64,000 nucleotides of DNA, taken from NCBI GenBank assembly GCA_043228905.1, contig JBHGNT010000025.1:124001-188000 (forward strand). The letters run 5' to 3'. This DNA is from Azolla caroliniana (taxonomy: Eukaryota; Plantae; Polypodiophyta). A program made the position numbers and the translations under genes. The notes under the pieces are model-generated. The model was not told where the DNA came from and did no database searches. It saw only the letters and a list, made by a program, of their open reading frames with translations. This document shows positions 1 to 11,900 of the stretch, piece by piece. The first letter of the stretch is position 1. Each line of letters begins with the position of its first letter.

Positions 1-3000
1 GATATCGGATTTTTGTGTTCAAACATGCGAATCGAAGCTAACAACGCTAGCTATGACATGGTATTAAAAAATCAAGATTTTGAAACTCAGGTCGAGAGAT
101 ATGAAGAAATTAGCAATCTTGAGGAGGGAGTTGAGAGGAGCACTTGAGTATATTAAAATGTTTATACCTGGCTCGTGTGATATCGGATTTTTGTGTTCAA
201 ACATGCGAATCGAAGCTAATCACGCTAGCTATGACATGTTATTAAAAAATCAAGATTTTGAAACTCAGGTAGAGAGACATGACGAAATTACCTAATTTGA
301 GGAGTGAGTTGAGAGGAGCCCTTGGGTACATTACAATGTTCATACCTGGCTCGTGTGATATCGGATTTTTGTGTTCAAACATGCGAATCGAAGCTCACAA
401 CGCTAGCTATGATATGGTATTAAAAAATCATGATTTTGAAATTGAGGTCGAGAGACATGAAGAAATTAGCAATCTTGAGGAGGGAGTTGAGAGGAGCCCT
501 TGAGTACATTAAAATGTTCATACCTGGCGCGTGTGATATCGAATTTTTGTGTTCAAACATGCGAATCGAAGCTAACAACGCTAGCTATGACATGGTATTA
601 AAAAATCAAGATTTTGAAACTCAGGTCGAGAGATATGAAGAAATTACCTACTTTGAGGAGGGAGTTGAGAGGAGCCCTTGAGTAAATTAAAATGTTCATA
701 CCTGGCTCGTGTGATATCGGATTTTTGTGTTCAACCATGCGAATCGAAGCTCACAACGCTAGCTATGATATGGTATTAAAAAATCATGATTTTGAAATTG
801 AGGTCGAGAGACATGAAGAAATTAGCAATCTTGAGGAGGGAGTTGAGAGGAGCCCTTGAGTACATTAAAATGTTCATACCTGGCGCGTGTGATATCGGAT
901 TTTTGTGTTCAAACATGCGAATCGAAGCTAACAACGCTAGCTATGACATGGTATTAAAAAATCAAGATTTTGAAACTCAGGTCGAGAGATATGAAGAAAT
1001 TAGCAATCTTGAGGAGGGAGTTGAGAGGAGCACTTGAGTATATTAAAATGTTTATACCTGGCTCGTGTGATATCGGATTTTTGTGTTCAAACATGCGAAT
1101 CGAAGCTAATCACGCTAGCTATGACATGTTATTAAAAAATCAAGATTTTGAAACTCAGGTAGAGAGACATGACGAAATTACCTAATTTGAGGAGTGAGTT
1201 GAGAGGAGCCCTTGGGTACATTACAATGTTCATACCTGGCTCGTGTGATATCGGATTTTTGTGTTCAAACATGCGAATCGAAGCTCACAACGCTAGCTAT
1301 GATATGGTATTAAAAAATCATGATTTTGAAATTGAGGTCGAGAGACATGAAGAAATTAGCAATCTTGAGGAGGGAGTTGAGAGGAGCCCTTGAGTACATT
1401 AAAATGTTCATACCTGGCGCGTGTGATATCGGATTTTTGTGTTCAAACATGCGAATCGAAGCTATCAACACTAGCTATTCTATGGAACTAAAAAATCAAG
1501 ATTTTGAAACTCAGGTCGAGAGATATGAAGAAATTAGCAATCTTGAGGAGGGAGTTGAGAGGAGCCCTTGAGTAAATTAAAATGTTCATACCTGGCTCGT
1601 GTGATATCGGATTTTTGTGTTCAAACATGCGAATCAAGCTAACAACGCTAGCTATTATATGGAACTAAAAAATCAAGTTTTTGAAACTCAGGTCGAGAGA
1701 TATGAAGAAATTAGCAATCTTGAGGAGGGAGTTGAGAGGAGCCCTTGAGTACATTAAAATGTTCATACCTGGCGCGTGTGATATCGGATTTTTGTGTTCA
1801 AACATGCGAATCGAAGCTAACAATGCTAGCTATTATATGGAACTAAAAAATCAAGATTTTGAAACTCAGGTCGAGAGATATGAAGAAATTAGCAATCTTG
1901 AGGAGGGAGTTGAGAGGAGCCCTTGAGTGCATTAAAATGCTCATACCTGGCGCGTGTGATATCGGATTTTTGTGTTCAAACATGCGAATCGAAGCTAACA
2001 ACGCTAGCTATGACATGGTATTAAAAAATCAAGATTTTGAAACTCAGGTCGAGAGATATGAAGAAATTAGCAATCTTGAGGAGGGAGTTGAGAGGAGCAC
2101 TTGAGTATATTAAAATGTTTATACCTGGCTCGTGTGATATCGGATTTTTGTGTTCAAACATGCGAATCGAAGCTAATCACGCTAGCTATGACATGTTATT
2201 AAAAAATCAAGATTTTGAAACTCAGGTAGAGAGACATGACGAAATTACCTAATTTGAGGAGTGAGTTGAGAGGAGCCCTTGGGTACATTACAATGTTCAT
2301 ACCTGGCTCGTGTGATATCGGATTTTTGTGTTCAAACATGCGAATCGAAGCTCACAACGCTAGCTATGATATGGTATTAAAAAATCATGATTTTGAAATT
2401 GAGGTCGAGAGACATGAAGAAATTAGCAATCTTGAGGAGGGAGTTGAGAGGAGCCCTTGAGTACATTAAAATGTTCATACCTGGCGCGTGTGATATCGAA
2501 TTTTTGTGTTCAAACATGCGAATCGAAGCTAACAACGCTAGCTATGACATGGTATTAAAAAATCAAGATTTTGAAACTCAGGTCGAGAGATATGAAGAAA
2601 TTACCTACTTTGAGGAGGGAGTTGAGAGGAGCCCTTGAGTAAATTAAAATGTTCATACCTGGCGCGTGTGATATCGGATTTTTGTGTTCAAACATGCGAA
2701 TCGAAGCTATCAACACTAGCTATTCTATGGAACTAAAAAATCAAGATTTTGAAACTCAGGTCGAGAGATATGAAGAAATTAGCAATCTTGAGGAGGGAGT
2801 TGAGAGGAGCCCTTGAGTAAATTAAAATGTTCATACCTGGCTCGTGTGATATCGGATTTTTGTGTTCAAACATGCGAATCAAGCTAACAACGCTAGCTAT
2901 TATATGGAACTAAAAAATCAAGTTTTTGAAACTCAGGTCGAGAGATATGAAGAAATTAGCAATCTTGAGGAGGGAGTTGAGAGGAGCCCTTGAGTACATT

Positions 3001-5130
3001 AAAATGTTCATACCTGGCGCGTGTGATATCGGATTTTTGTGTTCAAACATGCGAATCGAAGCTAACAATGCTAGCTATTATATGGAACTAAAAAATCAAG
3101 ATTTTGAAACTCAGGTCGAGAGATATGAAGAAATTAGCAATCTTGAGGAGGGAGTTGAGAGGAGCCCTTGAGTGCATTAAAATGCTCATACCTGGCGCGT
3201 GTGATATCGGATTTTTGTGTTCAAACATGCGAATCGAAGCTAACAACGCTAGCTATGACATGGTATTAAAAAATCAAGATTTTGAAACTCAGGTCGAGAG
3301 ATATGAAGAAATTAGCAATCTTGAGGAGGGAGTTGAGAGGAGCACTTGAGTATATTAAAATGTTTATACCTGGCTCGTGTGATATCGGATTTTTGTGTTC
3401 AAACATGCGAATCGAAGCTAATCACGCTAGCTATGACATGTTATTAAAAAATCAAGATTTTGAAACTCAGGTAGAGAGACATGACGAAATTACCTAATTT
3501 GAGGAGTGAGTTGAGAGGAGCCCTTGGGTACATTACAATGTTCATACCTGGCTCGTGTGATATCGGATTTTTGTGTTCAAACATGCGAATCGAAGCTCAC
3601 AACGCTAGCTATGATATGGTATTAAAAAATCATGATTTTGAAATTGAGGTCGAGAGACATGAAGAAATTAGCAATCTTGAGGAGGGAGTTGAGAGGAGCC
3701 CTTGAGTACATTAAAATGTTCATACCTGGCGCGTGTGATATCGAATTTTTGTGTTCAAACATGCGAATCGAAGCTAACAACGCTAGCTATGACATGGTAT
3801 TAAAAAATCAAGATTTTGAAACTCAGGTCGAGAGATATGAAGAAATTACCTACTTTGAGGAGGGAGTTGAGAGGAGCCCTTGAGTAAATTAAAATGTTCA
3901 TACCTGGCTCGTGTGATATCGGATTTTTGTGTTCAACCATGCGAATCGAAGCTCACAACGCTAGCTATGATATGGTATTAAAAAATCATGATTTTGAAAT
4001 TGAGGTCGAGAGACATGAAGAAATTAGCAATCTTGAGGAGGGAGTTGAGAGGAGCCCTTGAGTACATTAAAATGTTCATACCTGGCGCGTGTGATATCGG
4101 ATTTTTGTGTTCAAACATGCGAATCGAAGCTAACAACGCTAGCTATGACATGGTATTAAAAAATCAAGATTTTGAAACTCAGGTCGAGAGATATGAAGAA
4201 ATTAGCAATCTTGAGGAGGGAGTTGAGAGGAGCACTTGAGTATATTAAAATGTTTATACCTGGCTCGTGTGATATCGGATTTTTGTGTTCAAACATGCGA
4301 ATCGAAGCTAATCACGCTAGCTATGACATGTTATTAAAAAATCAAGATTTTGAAACTCAGGTAGAGAGACATGACGAAATTACCTAATTTGAGGAGTGAG
4401 TTGAGAGGAGCCCTTGGGTACATTACAATGTTCATACCTGGCTCGTGTGATATCGGATTTTTGTGTTCAAACATGCGAATCGAAGCTCACAACGCTAGCT
4501 ATGATATGGTATTAAAAAATCATGATTTTGAAATTGAGGTCGAGAGACATGAAGAAATTAGCAATCTTGAGGAGGGAGTTGAGAGGAGCCCTTGAGTACA
4601 TTAAAATGTTCATACCTGGCGCGTGTGATATCGGATTTTTGTGTTCAAACATGCGAATCGAAGCTATCAACACTAGCTATTCTATGGAACTAAAAAATCA
4701 AGATTTTGAAACTCAGGTCGAGAGATATGAAGAAATTAGCAATCTTGAGGAGGGAGTTGAGAGGAGCCCTTGAGTAAATTAAAATGTTCATACCTGGCTC
4801 GTGTGATATCGGATTTTTGTGTTCAAACATGCGAATCAAGCTAACAACGCTAGCTATTATATGGAACTAAAAAATCAAGTTTTTGAAACTCAGGTCGAGA
4901 GATATGAAGAAATTAGCAATCTTGAGGAGGGAGTTGAGAGGAGCCCTTGAGTACATTAAAATGTTCATACCTGGCGCGTGTGATATCGGATTTTTGTGTT
5001 CAAACATGCGAATCGAAGCTAACAATGCTAGCTATTATATGGAACTAAAAAATCAAGATTTTGAAACTCAGGTCGAGAGATATGAAGAAATTAGCAATCT
5101 TGAGGAGGGAGTTGAGAGGAGCCCTTGAGT
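1..5130 (+). repeat. Nested HOR block: 5-mer (890 bp), 7-mer (1245 bp) and 18-mer (3202 bp) periodicities
   Basis: Identical variant ORFs at 80/970 (890), 1681/2926, 1859/3104, 2037/3282 (1245), and 80/3282, 970/4172, 1320/4522, 1681/4883 (3202). The markers GCTATCAACAC and CAAGTTTTTG are confined to this block, three copies each. Confidence 0.85.
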
Positions 5131-6000
5131 GCATTAAAATGTTCATACCTGGCGCGTGTGATATCGGATTTTTGTGTTCAAACATGCGAATCGAAGCTAA
5201 CAACACTAGCTATTCTATGGAACTAAAAAATCAAGATTTTGAAACTCAGGTCGAGAGATATGAAGAAATTAGCAATCTTGAGGAGGGAGTTGAGAGGAGC
5301 CCTTGAGTAAATTAAAATGTTCATACCTGGCTCGTGTGATATCGGATTTTTGTGTTCAAACATGCGAATCGAAGCTCACAACGCTAGCTATGATATGGTA
5401 TTAAAAAATCATGATTTTGAAATTGAGGTCGAGAGACATGAAGAAATTAGCAATCTTGAGGAGGGAGTTGAGAGGAGCCCTTGAGTACATTAAAATGTTC
5501 ATACCTGGCGCGTGTGATATCGGATTTTTGTGTTCAAACATGCGAATCGAAGCTAACAATGCTAGCTATTCTATGGAACTAAAAAATCAAGATTTTGAAA
5601 CTCAGGTCGAGAGATATGAAGAAATTAGCAATCTTGAGGAGGGAGTTGAGAGGAGCCCTTGAGTACATTAAAATGTTCATACCTGGCGCGTGTGATATCG
5701 GATTTTTGTGTTCAAACATGCGAATCGAAGCTAACAATGCTAGCTATTATATGGAACTAAAAAATCAAGATTTTGAAACTCAGGTCGAGAGATATGAAGA
5801 AATTAGCAATCTTGAGGAGGGAGTTGAGAGGAGCCCTTGAGTACATTAAAATGTTCATACCTGGCTCGTGTGATATCGTATTTTTGTGTTCAAACATGCG
5901 AATCGAAGCTAACAACACTAGCTATTCTATGGAACTAAAAAATCAAGATTTTGAAACTCAGGTCGAGAGATATGAAGAAATTAGCAATCTTGAGGAGGGA

Positions 6001-6060
6001 GTTGAGAGGAGCCCTTGAGTAAATCAAGACATGGTATTAAGAAATCAAGATTTTGAAACT
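6001..6060 (+). other. Truncated 102-bp monomer: 79-bp deletion with 3-nt CAA filler (net -76 bp)
   Basis: The junction reads GAGTAAAT-CAA-GACATGGT. TTGAAACTC anchors at 5951 and 6053 are 102 bp apart instead of 178. Confidence 0.92.
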
Positions 6061-8999
6061 CAGGTCGAGAGATATGAAGAAATTACCTACTTTGAGGAGG
6101 GAGTTGAGAGGAGCCCTTGAGTAAATTAAAATGTTCATACCTGGCTCGTGTGATATCGGATTTTTGTGTTCAAACATGCGAATCGAAGCTAATCACGCTA
6201 GCTATGACATGTTATTAAAAAATCAAGATTTTGAAACTCAGGTCGAGAGACATGACGAAATTACCTAATTTGAGGACTGAGTTGAGACGACCTAGTAGGT
6301 AAATTAAAATGTTCATACCTGGCTCGTGTGATATCGGATTTTTGTGTTCAAACATGCGAATCAAGCTAACAACGCTAGCTATTATATGGAACTAAAAAAT
6401 CAAGATTTTGAAACTCAGGTCGAGAGATATGAAGAAATTAGCAATCTTGAGGAGGGAGTTGAGAGGAGCCCTTGAGTAAATTAAAATGTTCATACCTGGC
6501 TCGTGTGATATCGGATTTTTGTGTTCAAACATGCGAATCGAAACTCACAACGCTAGCTATGATATGGTATTAAAAAATCATGATTTTGAAATTGAGGTCG
6601 AGAGACATGAAGAAATTAGCAATCTTGAGGAGGGAGTTGAGAGGAGCGCTTGAGTACATTAAAATGTTCATACCTGGCGCGTGTGATATCGTATTTTTGT
6701 GTTCAAACATGCGAATCGAAGCTAACAACACTAGCTTTTCTATGGAACTAAAAAATCAAGATTTTGAAACTCAGGTCGGGAGATATGAAGAAATTAGCAA
6801 TCTTGAGGAGGGAGTTGAGAGGAGCCCTTGAGTAAATTAAAATGTTCATACCTGGCTCGTGTGATATCGGATTTTTGTGTTCAAACATGCGAATCGAAGC
6901 TCACAACGCTAGCTATGATATGGTATTAAAAAATCATGAGTTTGAAATTGAGGTCGAGAGACATGAAGAAATTACCTACTTTGAGGAGGGAGTTGAGAGG
7001 AGCCCTTGAGTAAATTAAAATGTTCATACCTGGCTCGTGTGATATCGGATTTTTGTGTTCAACCATGCGAATCGAAGCTCACAACGCTAGCTATGATATG
7101 GTATTAAAAAATCATGATTTTGAAATTGAGGTCGAGAGACATGAAGAAATTAGCAATCTTGAGGAGGGAGTTGAGAGGAGCCCTTGAGTACATTAAAATG
7201 TTCATACCTGGCGCGTGTGATATCGGATTTTTGTGTTCAAACATGCGAATCGAAGCTAACAATGCTAGCTATTATATGGAACTAAAAAATCAAGATTTTG
7301 AAACTCAGCTCGAGAGATATGAAGAAATTAGCAATCTTGAGGAGGGAGTTGAGAGGAGCACTTGAGTATATTAAAATGTTTATACCTGGCTCGTGTGATA
7401 TCGGAATTTTGTGTTCAAACATGCGAATCGAAGCTAATCACGCTAGCTATGACATGTTATTAAAAAATCAAGATTTTGAAACTCAGGTAGAGAGACATGA
7501 CGAAATTACCTAATTTGAGGAGTGAGTTGAGAGGAGCCCTTGGGTACATTACAATGTTCATACCTGGCTCGTGTGATATCGGATTTTTGTGTTCAAACAT
7601 GCGAATCGAAGCTCACAACGCTAGCTATGATATGGTATTAAAAAATCATGATTTTGAAATTGAGGTCGAGAGACATGAAGAAATTAGCAATCTTGAGGAG
7701 GGAGTTGAGAGGAGCCCTTGAGTACATTAAAATGTTCATACCTGGCGCGTGTGATATCGAATTTTTGTGTTCAAACATGCGAATCGAAGCTAACAACGCT
7801 AGCTATGACATGGTATTAAAAAATCAAGATTTTGAAACTCAGGTCGAGAGATATGAAGAAATTACCTACTTTGAGGAGGGAGTTGAGAGGAGCCCTTGAG
7901 TAAATTAAAATGTTCATACCTGGCTCGTGTGATATCGGATTTTTGTGTTCAACCATGCGAATCGAAGCTCACAACGCTAGCTATGATATGGTATTAAAAA
8001 ATCATGATTTTGAAATTGAGGTCGAGAGACATGAAGAAATTAGCAATCTTGAGGAGGGAGTTGAGAGGAGCCCTTGAGTACATTAAAATGTTCATACCTG
8101 GCGCGTGTGATATCGGATTTTTGTGTTCAAACATGCGAATCGAAGCTAACAATGCTAGCTATTATATGGAACTAAAAAATCAAGATTTTGAAACTCAGGT
8201 CGAGAGATATGAAGAAATTAGCAATCTTGAGGAGGGAGTTGAGAGGAGCCCTTGAGTGCATTAAAATGCTCATACCTGGCGCGTGTGATATCGGATTTTT
8301 GTGTTCAAACATGCGAATCGAAGCTAACAACACTAGCTATTCTATGGAACTAAAAAATCAAGATTTTGAAACTCAGGTCGAGAGATATGAAGAAATTAGC
8401 AATCTTGAGGAGGGAGTTGAGAGGAGCCCTTGAGTAAATTAAAATGTTCATACCTGGCTCGTGTGATATCGGATTTTTGTGTTCAAACATGCGAATCGAA
8501 GCTCACAACGCTAGCTATGATATGGTATTAAAAAATCATGATTTTGAAATTGAGGTCGAGAGACATGAAGAAATTAGCAATCTTGAGGAGGGAGTTGAGA
8601 GGAGCCCTTGAGTACATTAAAATGTTCATACCTGGCGCGTGTGATATCGGATTTTTGTGTTCAAACATGCGAATCGAAGCTAACAACGCTAGCTATGACA
8701 TGGTATTAAAAAATCAAGATTTTGAAACTCAGGTCGAGAGATATGAAGAAATTACCTACTTTGAGGAGGGAGTTGAGAGGAGCCCTTGAGTAAATTAAAA
8801 TGTTCATACCTGGCTCGTGTGATATCGGATTTTTGTGTTCAACCATGCGAATCGAAGCTCACAACGCTAGCTATGATATGGTATTAAAAAATCATGATTT
8901 TGAAATTGAGGTCGAGAGACATGAAGAAATTAGCAATCTTGAGGAGGGAGTTGAGAGGAGCCCTTGAGTACATTAAAATGTTCATACCTGGCGCGTGTG

Positions 9000-11900
9000 A
9001 TATCGGATTTTTGTGTTCAAACATGCGAATCGAAGCTAACAACGCTAGCTATGACATGGTATTAAAAAATCAAGATTTTGAAACTCAGGTCGAGAGATAT
9101 GAAGAAATTAGCAATCTTGAGGAGGGAGTTGAGAGGAGCACTTGAGTATATTAAAATGTTTATACCTGGCTCGTGTGATATCGGATTTTTGTGTTCAAAC
9201 ATGCGAATCGAAGCTAATCACGCTAGCTATGACATGTTATTAAAAAATCAAGATTTTGAAACTCAGGTAGAGAGACATGACGAAATTACCTAATTTGAGG
9301 AGTGAGTTGAGAGGAGCCCTTGGGTACATTACAATGTTCATACCTGGCTCGTGTGATATCGGATTTTTGTGTTCAAACATGCGAATCGAAGCTCACAACG
9401 CTAGCTATGATATGGTATTAAAAAATCATGATTTTGAAATTGAGGTCGAGAGACATGAAGAAATTAGCAATCTTGAGGAGGGAGTTGAGAGGAGCCCTTG
9501 AGTACATTAAAATGTTCATACCTGGCGCGTGTGATATCGAATTTTTGTGTTCAAACATGCGAATCGAAGCTAACAACGCTAGCTATGACATGGTATTAAA
9601 AAATCAAGATTTTGAAACTCAGGTCGAGAGATATGAAGAAATTACCTACTTTGAGGAGGGAGTTGAGAGGAGCCCTTGAGTAAATTAAAATGTTCATACC
9701 TGGCTCGTGTGATATCGGATTTTTGTGTTCAACCATGCGAATCGAAGCTCACAACGCTAGCTATGATATGGTATTAAAAAATCATGATTTTGAAATTGAG
9801 GTCGAGAGACATGAAGAAATTAGCAATCTTGAGGAGGGAGTTGAGAGGAGCCCTTGAGTACATTAAAATGTTCATACCTGGCGCGTGTGATATCGGATTT
9901 TTGTGTTCAAACATGCGAATCGAAGCTAACAACGCTAGCTATGACATGGTATTAAAAAATCAAGATTTTGAAACTCAGGTCGAGAGATATGAAGAAATTA
10001 GCAATCTTGAGGAGGGAGTTGAGAGGAGCCCTTGAGTACATTAAAATGTTCATACCTGGCGCGTGTGATATCGGACTTTTCTGTTCAAACATGCGAATCG
10101 AAGCTAACAACGCTAGCTATTATATGGAACTAAAAAATCAAGATTTTGAAACTCAGGTCGAGAAATATGAAGAAATTAGCAATCTTGAGGAGGGAGTTGA
10201 GAGGAGCCCTTGAGTACATTAAAATGTTCATACCTGGCGCGTGTGATATCGGATTTTTGTGTTCAAACATGCGAATCGAAGCTAACAACGCTAGCTATGA
10301 CATGGTATTAAAAAATCAAGATTTTGAAACTCAGGTCGAGAGATATGAAGAAATTAGCAATCTTGAGGAGGGAGTTGAGAGGAGCACTTGAGTATATTAA
10401 AATGTTCATACCTGGCTCGTGTGATATCGGATTTTTGTGTTCAAACATGCGAATCGAAGCTAATCACGCTAGCTATGACATGTTATTAAAAAATCAAGAT
10501 TTTGAAACTCAGGTAGAGAGACATGACGAAATTACCTAATTTGAGGAGTGAGTTGAGAGGAGCCCTTGGGTACATTACAATGTTCATACCTGGCTCGTGT
10601 GATATCGGATTTTTGTGTTCAAACATGCGAATCGAAGCTCACAACGCTAGCTATGATATGGTATTAAAAAATCATGATTTTGAAATTGAGGTCGAGAGAC
10701 ATGAAGAAATTAGCAATCTTGAGGAGGGAGTTGAGAGGAGCCCTTGAGTACATTAAAATGTTCATACCTGGCGCGTGTGATATCGAATTTTTGTGTTCAA
10801 ACATGCGAATCGAAGCTAACAACGCTAGCTATGACATGGTATTAAAAAATCAAGATTTTGAAACTCAGGTCGAGAGATATGAAGAAATTACCTACTTTGA
10901 GGAGGGAGTTGAGAGGAGCCCTTGAGTACATTAAAATGTTCATACCTGGCTCGTGTGATATCGGATTTTTGTGTTCAACCATGCGAATCGAAGCTCACAA
11001 CGCTAGCTATGATATGGTATTAAAAAATCATGATTTTGAAATTGAGGTCGAGAGACATGAAGAAATTAGCAATCTTGAGGAGGGAGTTGAGAGGAGCCCT
11101 TGAGTACATTAAAATGTTCATACCTGGCGCGTGTGATATCGGATTTTTGTGTTCAAACATGCGAATCGAAGCTAACAACGCTAGCTATGACATGGTATTA
11201 AAAAATCAAGATTTTGAAACTCAGGTCGAGAGATATGAAGAAATTAGCAATCTTGAGGAGGGAGTTGAGAGGAGCCCTTGAGTACATTAAAATGTTCATA
11301 CCTGGCGCGTGTGATATCGGACTTTTCTGTTCAAACATGCGAATCGAAGCTAACAACGCTAGCTATTATATGGAACTAAAAAATCAAGATTTTGAAACTC
11401 AGGTCGAGAAATATGAAGAAATTAGCAATCTTGAGGAGGGAGTTGAGAGGAGCCCTTGAGTACATTAAAATGTTCATACCTGGCGCGTGTGATATCGGAT
11501 TTTTGTGTTCAAACATGCGAATCGAAGCTAACAACGCTAGCTATGACATGGTATTAAAAAATCAAGATTTTGAAACTCAGGTCGAGAGATATGAAGAAAT
11601 TAGCAATCTTGAGGAGGGAGTTGAGAGGAGCACTTGAGTATATTAAAATGTTTATACCTGGCTCGTGTGATATCGGATTTTTGTGTTCAAACATGCGAAT
11701 CGAAGCTCACAACGCTAGCTATGATATGGTATTAAAAAATCATGATTTTGAAATTGAGGTCGAGAGACATGAAGAAATTAGCAATCTTGAGGAGGGAGTT
11801 GAGAGGAGCCCTTGAGTACATTAAAATGTTCATACCTGGCTCGTGTGATATCGGATTTTTGTGTTCAACCATGCGAATCGAAGCTCACAACGCTAGCTAT

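Noticed and set aside
121-141. G-quadruplex in GAGGAGGGAGTTGAGAGGAG
   Set aside because: It has only one GGG and two GG runs, which is insufficient for a canonical intramolecular G4. Noted only as a purine-rich strand bias.
1-178. Identity with Arabidopsis CEN178, Brassica CentBr or primate alpha satellite
   Set aside because: Only the length is similar. I see no recognisable sequence match to those consensuses and no canonical CENP-B box (NTTCGNNNNANNCGGGN).
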